Positions 26,843 to 35,858 of a stretch of 64,000 nucleotides of DNA are shown piece by piece. Each line of letters opens with the position of its first letter. The stretch's first letter is position 1. The translations under genes and the position numbers were made by a program. Source of the stretch: Clostridiales bacterium (GTDB lineage: Bacteria > Bacillota > Clostridia > Peptostreptococcales > Anaerovoracaceae); NCBI GenBank assembly GCA_040307715.1, contig JAWRJC010000026.1:14571-78570 (forward strand), read 5' to 3'. A model generated the notes under the pieces. That model had not been told where the DNA came from. It saw only the letters and a program-made list of their open reading frames with translations, and did not search any database.

Positions 26843-27700
26843 TCAGTGATTCCCGAGCACAAACCGCTCGACCGCTTCCGCTACGCCGTCGTCCGCATTG
26901 GAAGGCGCCACGTAAAGCGCTTCCGCCTTGACTTCCGGCTCGGCATTGCCCACCGCTACCGGCAGCGCGGCAAGCCTCATCATCGTCAGATCGTTCGGGC
27001 TGTCGCCGCAGGCCATCAGCCCCTCTTTCGTCACGCCGACCAGTTCCATGAGCCAGCGCAGCGCATTGCCTTTATCCGTGTTTTCCCCCTCCAGTTCCCA
27101 GTTATAAGAGAACGAATTCGTGAACGTCGTCCCGGGGACAGCGGACAGCGGTCCTTTCATCGCCTGCCGGTGCGATTCGTCCGCGAAAACGACACTGATA
27201 TTTTCGACATTACCGGCATGCGCCCGCGCAAAAGCCAGCACGTCATCGACCGGTTTGCGTGTTGTGAGAATGTACTCCACGCTGCGGTTGAGCGTGTTTT
27301 TCCCCTTCACATCCTCATAGACGGCACGGTCCACATAGGCATGGCCGTCGATGAACACCTCCGTTGAATAAATGTAGGTCTTGCGGTGCGATTCCAGGAC
27401 GTCCATGACCTTGTGAAGCGCCGCAGGCGACAGGCAGTCGCTGTAGATGAACCGGTCCTCCGAAAGGTCGCTGATCTTTGCGCCGTTGGAGGTGATCACA
27501 TAGCGCAGCCCTTCGACATCGAAGATATCCGCGGGCAGGGACATAAAACACCGCCCCGTCGCGACGACCACTTCGACCCCCTGGCGGAGTGCCGCTTCGA
27601 GGGCTTCTCTTGTCCGCGGAGCAAGATGCCCGCCCGGTGCCAGTGTCGTATTGTCAAGATCCAGTGCGATCATACGGATGCTCATATCGTGGTTTTTCAT
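26843..27700 (-). CDS. Cof-type HAD-IIB phosphatase
   Basis: The sequence is IALDLDNTTL (DxDxT)...VVATGR...GDSPNDLTMM. The ATG at 27700 is preferred over the upstream track start. Confidence 0.85.
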   Translation of the reverse strand: MKNHDMSIRMIALDLDNTTLAPGGHLAPRTREALEAALRQGVEVVVATGRCFMSLPADIFDVEGLRYVITSNGAKISDLSEDRFIYSDCLSPAALHKVMDVLESHRKTYIYSTEVFIDGHAYVDRAVYEDVKGKNTLNRSVEYILTTRKPVDDVLAFARAHAGNVENISVVFADESHRQAMKGPLSAVPGTTFTNSFSYNWELEGENTDKGNALRWLMELVGVTKEGLMACGDSPNDLTMMRLAALPVAVGNAEPEVKAEALYVAPSNADDGVAEAVERFVLGNH

Positions 27701-27744
27701 GGTGTCTCTTTCCCTGTCTGACTGCCTTGCTGCTCCCATCCCGT

Positions 27745-27760
27745 TCCGGCCCGGGCCGGA
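27745..27760. repeat. perfect 16 bp palindrome TCCGGCCCGGGCCGGA in the cof/trkA divergent region
   Basis: Read directly. It is self-complementary over all 16 nt and lies 13 nt upstream of the trkA -35. Confidence 0.9.
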
Positions 27761-27772
27761 CAGCGGAAAGGG

Positions 27773-27800
27773 TTGAAAAAACAATAGATAGTGTTAGAAT
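27773..27800 (+). promoter_or_regulatory. sigma-A promoter of trkA-trkH-trkH with an extended -10
   Basis: TTGAAA (27773-27778), a 16 nt spacer, then TGtTAGAAT (27792-27800). The leader is about 60 nt and contains the hairpin AGCCCCA-aaaga-TGGGGCT (27824-27842). Confidence 0.65.
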
Positions 27801-27866
27801 ATTGGATGGCATATCGAAAATCAAGCCCCAAAAGATGGGGCTAATATATAGAAGGACGGTAAAACG

Positions 27867-29237
27867 ATGAAAGTAGCGATCGTCGGGGCGGGCAAACTGG
27901 GCCTCAAGGTAGCGTATGCGCTCCTTGGCGGCGACCATTCCATTACCCTGATCGACAAAAATGAAGAAACGCTGCAGAAGATCTCCGCGCAGATGGATGT
28001 CATGACCATTGCAGCCAACGGCAAGGATATGAAAGTTCTCAAGAGCATTCATATCTCAACGTTTGATTATCTGCTGGCCGCGACGGACCGCGATGAGAAG
28101 AACATCGTCATCGCCTCCTTCGCGAAAAAGCTCGGCTGCAGCAAGGTCATCGCCCGCGTCCGCGACCCGGAGCATGTCAACCAGTACGACTTCATCCGCG
28201 ACACGATGGATATCGACTATCTGGTCAATCCCGACATGTCCGTCACACAGGAGATCTACAAATATATCGTTGAAAAATACACCCTCAGCAACGGCATCTT
28301 CGCGACCGGCAAAGCGGCGATCCTCGAGTTCCGCGCCAACCGCCTGCCGGGGCTGATCGGCAACCAGATCAAAGAAGTCCGCAAGATCCTGCCGCACATG
28401 ATCGTCGGCGCGATCTCCCGCAACGGCAAGATCACCATCCCCCACGGGGACACCATGATCGAGGAGAAGGACGCCATCTACATCATGGGGGAAAAGAATG
28501 CCATCGTAGAGCTCGATAAAAAGGTCCACGAAAAAGGCAAATACACCGATCTGCAGAAAGTCATGATCATCGGCGGCGGCAAGACAGGCTTCTTCCTGTC
28601 GCAGAAACTGGCCGAATCCGGGCTCTCCGTCAAGGTCATCGAACGCAGCAAGGAACGCTGCTACTACATTGCCGAACACCTGGAGAACGTCATGGTCCTC
28701 CACGGCGACGGCACCGACATTTCCCTGCTTGAAGAAGAAAACATCGATGAAATGGAGGCTTTCGTCACCTGCACCGGTTTTGACGAGGACAACCTGCTCC
28801 TCGCTCTGATGGCCAAACGGCGCGGCATCGAAGACGTTATCGCCAAGGTCAGCCGCGGCATTTACACCGATCTGGTCTCCAATATGGGTGTCGATATGGC
28901 ACTCAATCCTCTGGACATCTCCGTCGGCAACATCATGCGCCTGATCCAGGGTTCCAAGAAGATCATCTCCTCCCAGCTCATCAACGGTCAGGCGGAGATC
29001 ATCGAGATCGTCATCACCGAGCAGATGCGCCATCTGGTGAACAAAGCGATCAAAGACCTTAAACTGCCGCCGGACGTCCTTATCGGACCGATCCACCGGG
29101 GGTCCGAACTCATCATCCCCGACGGCAATTTCGTACTTCACGCGGATGACCGCGTTATTATCCTCAGTATGCTGACCGAAGTTCCCGCACTGGAACGCAT
29201 GATGCGCACCACCGGGAAGATCGATTTTCTGAGGTAA
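27867..29237 (+). CDS. trkA: Trk potassium uptake system, NAD-binding subunit TrkA (tandem RCK)
   Basis: 456 aa with two Rossmann motifs (VAIVGAGKLG and MIIGGGKTG). Confidence 0.92.
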   Translation: MKVAIVGAGKLGLKVAYALLGGDHSITLIDKNEETLQKISAQMDVMTIAANGKDMKVLKSIHISTFDYLLAATDRDEKNIVIASFAKKLGCSKVIARVRDPEHVNQYDFIRDTMDIDYLVNPDMSVTQEIYKYIVEKYTLSNGIFATGKAAILEFRANRLPGLIGNQIKEVRKILPHMIVGAISRNGKITIPHGDTMIEEKDAIYIMGEKNAIVELDKKVHEKGKYTDLQKVMIIGGGKTGFFLSQKLAESGLSVKVIERSKERCYYIAEHLENVMVLHGDGTDISLLEEENIDEMEAFVTCTGFDEDNLLLALMAKRRGIEDVIAKVSRGIYTDLVSNMGVDMALNPLDISVGNIMRLIQGSKKIISSQLINGQAEIIEIVITEQMRHLVNKAIKDLKLPPDVLIGPIHRGSELIIPDGNFVLHADDRVIILSMLTEVPALERMMRTTGKIDFLR

Positions 29238-29243
29238 CAGGTC

Positions 29244-30710
29244 ATGGATCTGAATTATCGTGCTGTTTTCCGCGTCCTTGGAGATCTGATGATGATCATC
29301 GGCGCGCTCATGGTCCTTCCGTTTTTCGTAGCTCTCTGCTACGAGGAGATCCTGTGCGCGCGGGTGTTTCTTGGCGTCGGCATGTGCACGATCTGCCTGG
29401 GGATCATCATGGCTTACTCATCCAAAGGCTCGCCCCTTGCCATGCGCATGAGAGACGGGTTTCTTCTGGTTGCCGTTTCCTGGTTCCTGATCACAGCGAT
29501 CTCCGCGCTCCCCTTCATGTGGAGCGGCGCGATCCCGCACTTTTCGGATGCGTTCTTTGAGTCCTGCTCCGGCTACACGACGACCGGTGCCACGATCCTT
29601 CCGGACATTGAGTCAATGCCCCGCTCGATCCTGTTCTGGCGGTCGTTCTCCCACTGGATCGGCGGCATGGGCATCCTGGTCTTCACGATCGCTCTGCTGC
29701 CGGAGATGGGCATCGGCGGGCAGAACATCGCTCGCGCCGAAACACCGGGACCGATCTTTTCAAAAGTCTCTGCCCGGATGTCTGATACCGCCCGCTACCT
29801 GTATCTCATGTACGGGGTCTATACCGTTACGGAAACGATCCTGCTGATGTTCGGCGGAATGGACCTTTATGAAGCGCTGATCCATACTTTCGGCACCGTG
29901 GGGACAGGCGGCTTTTCAATGTACAACGACAGCATCGCGCATTTTGACAGCCCCTACATCGAAGGTGTCATCACTGTCTTCATGCTCCTGTCCGGTGCAA
30001 GCTTCAGCCTGTTCTTCCTGCTGATCACGACCGGTACGAGGGCGTTTACAAGAGACTCGGAATTCAAACTGTACATGCTGATCTTCGCCGCTGCAACGGT
30101 ATTGATCTCGCTCCGGATGATCCTGGCGCACAGCGTCACGGTCCTGTCCGCACTGCGCATCTCCTCGTTCCAGGTGGCATCCCTTCTGACCACGACCGGA
30201 TACGCCACTTCCAACTACATCATGTGGCCGACGTTCTGTCAGATGATCCTGCTGCTGCTCTTCTTTATCGGAGGCTGCTCCGGCAGCACCAGCAGCGGTG
30301 TCAAGGTGATCCGCGTTCTCGTCCTGGCGAAGGCGCTGCGCTCCAACATCCGTTCCAAGCTGCATCCCAACGCGCTGTCGACGATCAGGGTAGACAAGCG
30401 GACGATCCCCACAGAAACGATCAGTACGATCGCTTCGTACCTGTTCCTGTACATCGGTGTAATGTTCCTGGTGGGCTGCGCACTGACCGTTCTGGACGGA
30501 CTGAACATGGTCGACGGGCTGTCGACCGCCGCCTCATGTCTCGGCAACGTAGGTCCCGCTTTCGGCGAGATGGGTCCGACCGCCAACTACAGCGGTCTGA
30601 CCGATATATCCAAGTATCTGTTATCCTTCACGATGATCACCGGCAGACTGGAACTGTACACCATCCTGCTCCTGTTCTCCCGGCGTTTCTGGAATCCGTA
30701 CCGCTACTAA
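29244..30710 (+). CDS. trkH: TrkH-family potassium transporter (copy 1)
   Basis: 488 aa, polytopic. Selectivity-filter-like segments are SGYTTTGATI, TVGTGGFS, TTTGYAT and GGCSGSTSSGVKV. Confidence 0.9.
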   Translation: MDLNYRAVFRVLGDLMMIIGALMVLPFFVALCYEEILCARVFLGVGMCTICLGIIMAYSSKGSPLAMRMRDGFLLVAVSWFLITAISALPFMWSGAIPHFSDAFFESCSGYTTTGATILPDIESMPRSILFWRSFSHWIGGMGILVFTIALLPEMGIGGQNIARAETPGPIFSKVSARMSDTARYLYLMYGVYTVTETILLMFGGMDLYEALIHTFGTVGTGGFSMYNDSIAHFDSPYIEGVITVFMLLSGASFSLFFLLITTGTRAFTRDSEFKLYMLIFAAATVLISLRMILAHSVTVLSALRISSFQVASLLTTTGYATSNYIMWPTFCQMILLLLFFIGGCSGSTSSGVKVIRVLVLAKALRSNIRSKLHPNALSTIRVDKRTIPTETISTIASYLFLYIGVMFLVGCALTVLDGLNMVDGLSTAASCLGNVGPAFGEMGPTANYSGLTDISKYLLSFTMITGRLELYTILLLFSRRFWNPYRY

Positions 30711-30729
30711 GCAGTCTCAAGGAGGAGCG

Positions 30730-32226
30730 ATGGGCTTCAATCTGCGCATGATCGCGCGCGTCATCTCCATACTGCTGCTGATCACAGGCGCTTCGATGAT
30801 CATCCCGCTTATTACCGCGGTGTATTTTCATGAATCGCCGATCTACTTGTCGATCGCAGTCGCCATGGCGGCTTCCCTCCTTCTGGGCGGCTGCGGGTAT
30901 CTGCTGCTCTCGGACAGAAGAAAAGGCGCGGCACACCCCAAGAGAGGCCTCAAGACCAGAGACTGTTATCTGCTGGTGTTCCTGTCCTGGATCGCCTGTT
31001 CGCTGATCGGTGCGATCCCGTACTACCTCTCCGATCAGACGACTTCTTTCCTCAATGCGTTCTTCGAGTCCGTCTCCGGGTATACGACCACCGGTGCCTC
31101 CGTTCTGATCGATTCGTTCCTGTATAAAGGGCTTCTGATGTGGAAGGCGCTCACGCACTGGCTGGGCGGCATGGGCATCCTGGTCTTTATGATCATCCTG
31201 CTTCCCTCACTGGGCGTCGGCGGCCAGAAGCTTGCCACGACCGAGGCCCCCGGCCCGGATCTGACCAAACTGGCACCTCGTGTCCAGGACATCGCCAAAC
31301 TCCTGTACTTTGTGTACCTGTCCCTTACCATTCTCGAGTTTGTGTTCCTGGTCGCAAGCCCGCGCATGAGTCCGTTCGAGGCGCTGATCAACACCATGGG
31401 CAGTATCTCGACGTCCGGCCTGTTCCTGCACCCGAACGGGATCGCATACTATCAGAGCCCCTATATCGAGATGGTCCTGTCGGTTTTCTCCCTGCTCTCC
31501 GCGACCAACTATGTCCTGTTCATATCGCTGATCAAGCGCGACTGGGAAAACCTGCACAAAAATCTGGAAATCAAAGTATACGGCACCGTGCTCGCGATCA
31601 CAACGGCGGTCGTTTCCGCCAGCCTGATCCTTTCGCACACCTATCCGACTATAGAGGAATGCCTGCGGCACGCATTCTTCCAGGTCGTCGCCTTCATCAC
31701 CACAACAGGTTACGTATTGGATGATTATGTACACTGGCCGCCGATCTGCGCCATGGTCTTCCTGTTCCTGCTGATCGTGGGCGGCTGCGGCTCTTCGACC
31801 GCCGGCGGATTGAAAATGGTGCGCTTTATCGTCGTGTTCAAGCTCGTCGTGCGCAGTTTTAAGAAACACGTGCATCCCAATCTTGTCTCCCCGATCAAAG
31901 CGGGCGGACAGATCATCTCAGTGCGCGCTACCAGCGCGATTACAACGTTCACAGTCCTTTACCTGGTGACCGCCCTCGGCAGCGCCCTGATCATCTCTCT
32001 CGACGGGATGGGACTCGAAGTCAGCATGACCTCCGCCCTGTCCCTGATGTCCACGACCGGGATCTATCTGGGATCCGTCGGTGCATACGGCACGTTCGTG
32101 CTGTTCTCGGCGCCGATCCGGCTCTTCATGACTTTCCTCATGATCATTGGCCGACTCGAGATGTACACCGTCTTCTTCCTGTTCTTCCCCTCGTTCTGGA
32201 ATCCGGACAAAGCCGGCGTACGATAA
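30730..32226 (+). CDS. trkH: TrkH-family potassium transporter (copy 2, paralogue)
   Basis: 498 aa with the same architecture as copy 1 (SGYTTTGASV, ISTSGLF, TTTGYVL, GGCGSSTAGGLKM). Confidence 0.9.
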   Translation: MGFNLRMIARVISILLLITGASMIIPLITAVYFHESPIYLSIAVAMAASLLLGGCGYLLLSDRRKGAAHPKRGLKTRDCYLLVFLSWIACSLIGAIPYYLSDQTTSFLNAFFESVSGYTTTGASVLIDSFLYKGLLMWKALTHWLGGMGILVFMIILLPSLGVGGQKLATTEAPGPDLTKLAPRVQDIAKLLYFVYLSLTILEFVFLVASPRMSPFEALINTMGSISTSGLFLHPNGIAYYQSPYIEMVLSVFSLLSATNYVLFISLIKRDWENLHKNLEIKVYGTVLAITTAVVSASLILSHTYPTIEECLRHAFFQVVAFITTTGYVLDDYVHWPPICAMVFLFLLIVGGCGSSTAGGLKMVRFIVVFKLVVRSFKKHVHPNLVSPIKAGGQIISVRATSAITTFTVLYLVTALGSALIISLDGMGLEVSMTSALSLMSTTGIYLGSVGAYGTFVLFSAPIRLFMTFLMIIGRLEMYTVFFLFFPSFWNPDKAGVR

Positions 32227-32231
32227 TGCAC

Positions 32232-32263
32232 AAAAAAACAGGGCTTTCCATGCCCTGTTTTTT
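32232..32263. terminator. bidirectional rho-independent terminator (trkH copy 2 / hydrolase gene)
   Basis: AAAAAAACAGGGC-tttccat-GCCCTGTTTTTT, between convergent genes. Confidence 0.85.
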
Positions 32264-32282
32264 GATATGCAAAACAGTTTTT

Positions 32283-33632
32283 TCAGTACAGTTTTTTGTT
32301 GTTCATCCAGCCCCATCTGATCGGATAACCGTGTCCGTATCTGGCTGTGAAGGTCTCCAGTGAAATAATGGTTTTGCTGCGCTCGTTGCTGATAACCTTT
32401 CCGTATCCGATATATATGCCTATGTGACCTGCGTAGCCGCCGGTGGAACTGTATCTGGAAGCAACGATCATCCCCGGCTTAAGATCTGCTCTGTTGGAAC
32501 TCGTGCAATACTTCCTGTAGTAATCGCTGGCGTACGACATCCGGCTGGCTCTCATCAGGCCGGACCGGTCAAAAACATTGCAGACCCAGGCTGCACACCA
32601 GCCGGAACCTGCAAACCGGGTAGTCCTTGCCGATTTCATCAACCTGTCCAGATTGCGGTTGCTTTTCCGGATCACATAATACTCTCCGGACCAATCGCCG
32701 TAATAGGTCTTGTTACCCGCTTTTTTGACGGTCCGCACTTTTGCGTAGTAGGTCGTATCCACCGTCAGCGACAGCACTCTGGTGCGCGCCGTCCGTGTCG
32801 TATAGTGCCAGGATCCGCCGGCCGTCCGGTATGCATACTGATAGTAGGCTCCCGCGCCGCCGCTGGCAGCCGCGGTCCTGTCCACCTGCAGCGTCAGTTC
32901 TCCGTAGAAGTTGTCTCTCTTGATCAGCTTGACTTTGGAAGGTTTGACGGTGAACGTCTTTTTGATCGTCCCGGTGTAGTTCCCTTTTCCGGTGATCGTT
33001 GCCGTATACTGGCCGACCTCGGTGCATCCCGGATCATACGTGATCTTAAAGTCTCTGCTCACGGCAAGCGCGGAAGGGATCCCCTCCGCATATACGGTCG
33101 CGCCGGGATGACGGTACACGCCCGCGCTGTAAACATACATCGTCGTAGACAGCTTCGCTGACTTAAGAGATGCTTTGTCGATGCTGATCGAAGAAACGCC
33201 TTCTGTCGTTCTGCCGTTCTCTTCAATGACGCGGTAGAACACTTCTGTTACGCCGGCATCCGTCCGTTCAGGAACATCCGGCGACCATTCCTCCTCTTCC
33301 GAGGTCCTGTACTCCGTCACCGCATCTTCGGGCACGCCTTCCAACAGCACGCTGTGAGGTGCACCGTCATAAACACCTGTATACGGTGTCGCTGTCACGA
33401 CCGGAGCAGGCTCCGCCGGCTCATCGGCGGGTTCCGGATCCGCAGGCTCCTGCACGGCAGGGGCTTCCGTTTCCTCAGTGTCCTCTGCAAGCGGTTCTTC
33501 ACTGACCACGGCCGGCTCGTCCTCCGCTTCCGCCGCATAGGCGGCTGCCCCCATGGCAGGCTGCAGCGCGAAGACCATCGTCACTGCGAGAACGACCGCA
33601 AGTATGAATCTGGAAAAAGAATGTTCTTTCAT
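32283..33632 (-). CDS. secreted multidomain cell-wall hydrolase with a C-terminal NlpC/P60 or CHAP-type papain-like domain
   Basis: Signal peptide (MKEHSFSRFILAVVLAVTMVFALQPAMGAAAYA) and an acidic Pro/Glu linker. Ig/FN3-like beta-rich modules follow (YTATITGKGNYTGTIKKTFTVKP). The C-terminus has Cys (GSGWCAAWVCNVF) and His (GYAGHIGIYIGYG) motifs. The ATG at 33632 has a GAGGTGAG SD. Confidence 0.7.
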   Translation of the reverse strand: MKEHSFSRFILAVVLAVTMVFALQPAMGAAAYAAEAEDEPAVVSEEPLAEDTEETEAPAVQEPADPEPADEPAEPAPVVTATPYTGVYDGAPHSVLLEGVPEDAVTEYRTSEEEEWSPDVPERTDAGVTEVFYRVIEENGRTTEGVSSISIDKASLKSAKLSTTMYVYSAGVYRHPGATVYAEGIPSALAVSRDFKITYDPGCTEVGQYTATITGKGNYTGTIKKTFTVKPSKVKLIKRDNFYGELTLQVDRTAAASGGAGAYYQYAYRTAGGSWHYTTRTARTRVLSLTVDTTYYAKVRTVKKAGNKTYYGDWSGEYYVIRKSNRNLDRLMKSARTTRFAGSGWCAAWVCNVFDRSGLMRASRMSYASDYYRKYCTSSNRADLKPGMIVASRYSSTGGYAGHIGIYIGYGKVISNERSKTIISLETFTARYGHGYPIRWGWMNNKKLY

Positions 33633-33717
33633 CGTATTCTCACCTCTGCGGCCATTGTAGCATGTCTCCTCCTTCCCTATCTGCAAGCAGGGAAACCTTC
33701 ACAAAACCTTCACAAAA

Positions 33718-35772
33718 CTAAAGCAAAAGTTGAAAATCGATTTCCCTGTCCTCCGGAGAGGCACCGGTCACGCGGATCCGCACCGGGTCGCCGAACTGCA
33801 GGAGCCTGCCGTGCCGTTCGCCGCGCAGACGCTTTTTTGTTTCCTCAAAGATGTAGTAATCATCTTCCAACGTACCGACCGGCACGAGCCCCTCAACGGT
33901 ATTGGGGAGTTCCACATAAAAGCCGAACGATGTCACCCCGCTGATCACACCGTCATACTCCTCTCCGATATGACCGGCCATATACTCCGCCTTCTTCATC
34001 TTCTCTACTTCGCGTTCAAGTTCGATAGCCGTGCGTTCACAGCGGCTTGCCTGTTCCGCCGCAGCCGGTGCGAGACGCAGGAACCGCTGCATCTGCGAAT
34101 CCTGTGCACGGTGCAGTGAGGCCTTGATCACCCGGTGGATGAACAAGTCGCAGTACCGGCGGATCGGAGATGTGAAATGGGTATAGTACGACAAGGCCAG
34201 GCCGAAATGCCCCAGGCAGGCGGTATCATACCGCGCTTTCTGCATCGACCGCAGAATAACAGCGGAGACAGCCGGACCGTACGGCCTGTCCTGCACTTTC
34301 TCAAGCAGCAGACTGAGACTTTTCGGTGTGACCTTGCTCCCGCCGGCACCCAGACCGAGCCCAAAGCCTGCGAGAAACCCGTCCAAAGCCATCAGGTCAT
34401 CGATATCCGGCGTTTCATGGACGCGGTACAGGAATGGGGCTTTTCTTCTGCAAAAGTGCTCCGCGACCGTTTCATTAGCTTTGATCATGCACATCTCTAT
34501 GATCCTGTTGGCAATGCGCCGTTCTGCCGGCTGGACATCCACACAGACACCATTCTCATCAATGATAAGATCCGCCTCCGGCAGATCGAAATCCATACTG
34601 CCGCGCCTTTCTGCCGCCCGCTGCAGAACGCCGCTAAGTGACTGCAGCAAGCGAAGATCCGGCAGGATCTTCTTATAGCGCTTCCCAAGACCGGGATCGT
34701 CGTTTTCAAGCAGATCGGAAACATCCGTATAGACGAGGCGTTCTGCAGAGCGGATGACGCTCTTGGTAAACTCATGCCGCAGGACACTGCCGCTGTCATC
34801 GATCTCCATGATACAGGACAGTGTGAGCCTGTCTTTGCCCGGCTTCAGGCTGCACAGATCGTTCGAGAGCGCTTCCGGCAGCATCGGGATCACCTGATCC
34901 GCCGGATAGATACTGTTACCGCGTTCAAAAGCCGCTTCGTCGAGCGCACTTCCCGGTCTGACATAATGCGAGACATCGGCGATGTGGACCCCCAGCAGGT
35001 AATGCCCATCCGCCGTCATCCTGCACGAGACGGCATCATCGAAATCCTTGCTGGCCGCTCCGTCGATCGTAAACACGGTCTCCTCCCGCAGATCGAGCCT
35101 GCCCGCGAGGTCCTGCTCCAGGATGCCGCGGCGGGCAGCTTCTTCCGCCTCTGCCAGTGCGGCGGCAGAAAACACGGTCGGAACGCCTTTTTGAACAACA
35201 AGCGCACGGATATCCCCGCCGCGTTCATTGCGCCCGGCAACGACCTCAGTGACCGCCCCTTCCGCGCAGTGTGTGCCGGACGGCCGCTGCAGGATCTCTA
35301 CCAGGATCAGATCCCCGTCCCGCGCGCCGCCGGTGTGCTCCCTGCCGACGTAGATGTCCTCTCTGCGGGCTTTGTCGACAGGGATGGCAAAACCATAATC
35401 CGAGATCCTTTCAAACCGGCAGACAAGCGGATCGGCACATGGGGCGAGCACCTTGCGGATCACGCCTTCCGGTCCCTGCTTCGCGCCTCTTGCGCCGTTC
35501 CTGTGTGCACTGCCGGCGATCTCCGCCAGCACCAGATCACCGCTCATCGCACCGCCCATATTGCGCGGCGAAACAAAGACATCCTCACTGTCTTCCACGA
35601 CGACAAACCCGAACCCGCGCCGGTTCTTGCGGAGGATCCCCTCGACGGTCACAGCGGGGCTTTTCCGGCTGCTGCGCCGTTCTTTTTTCCCCGGCCGCGA
35701 CCGGCGGGCTCTGCCCGGACGGCGGGAAGTACCGTTCCCTCTGCTGTCTTTTCTGCTCGTTCTTTTTGCCAT
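33718..35772 (-). CDS. rnr: ribonuclease R
   Basis: Cold-shock/OB N-domains, an RNB catalytic core (IDGAASKDFDDAVS...HFTSPIRRY) and a C-terminal S1 domain (GVISGVTSFGFYVEL). The N-terminus is unusually Arg/Lys-rich. Confidence 0.92.
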   Translation of the reverse strand: MAKRTSRKDSRGNGTSRRPGRARRSRPGKKERRSSRKSPAVTVEGILRKNRRGFGFVVVEDSEDVFVSPRNMGGAMSGDLVLAEIAGSAHRNGARGAKQGPEGVIRKVLAPCADPLVCRFERISDYGFAIPVDKARREDIYVGREHTGGARDGDLILVEILQRPSGTHCAEGAVTEVVAGRNERGGDIRALVVQKGVPTVFSAAALAEAEEAARRGILEQDLAGRLDLREETVFTIDGAASKDFDDAVSCRMTADGHYLLGVHIADVSHYVRPGSALDEAAFERGNSIYPADQVIPMLPEALSNDLCSLKPGKDRLTLSCIMEIDDSGSVLRHEFTKSVIRSAERLVYTDVSDLLENDDPGLGKRYKKILPDLRLLQSLSGVLQRAAERRGSMDFDLPEADLIIDENGVCVDVQPAERRIANRIIEMCMIKANETVAEHFCRRKAPFLYRVHETPDIDDLMALDGFLAGFGLGLGAGGSKVTPKSLSLLLEKVQDRPYGPAVSAVILRSMQKARYDTACLGHFGLALSYYTHFTSPIRRYCDLFIHRVIKASLHRAQDSQMQRFLRLAPAAAEQASRCERTAIELEREVEKMKKAEYMAGHIGEEYDGVISGVTSFGFYVELPNTVEGLVPVGTLEDDYYIFEETKKRLRGERHGRLLQFGDPVRIRVTGASPEDREIDFQLLL

Positions 35773-35785
35773 AGTTGTGATTCCT

Positions 35786-35821
35786 TAAAAAAGGGATGCT
35801 CTCCGTGACAGAGAGCATCCC
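35786..35821 (-). terminator. rho-independent terminator after hppA
   Basis: An 11 bp stem, GGGATGCTCTC-cgtgaca-GAGAGCATCCC, is followed on the minus strand by TTTTTT. It ends only about 14 nt before the rnr ATG. Confidence 0.8.
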
Positions 35822-35858
35822 GCGTTGTTTGCTTTGATAAAGCTCTGTATCTCCCGGT

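Noticed and set aside
27801-27866. A c-di-AMP (ydaO/kimA-type) riboswitch upstream of trkA.
   Set aside because: The leader is only about 65 nt with one small hairpin. That is far too short for the riboswitch, which is longer than 100 nt and pseudo-symmetric, and the conserved ACGGGGA-type segments are not visible.
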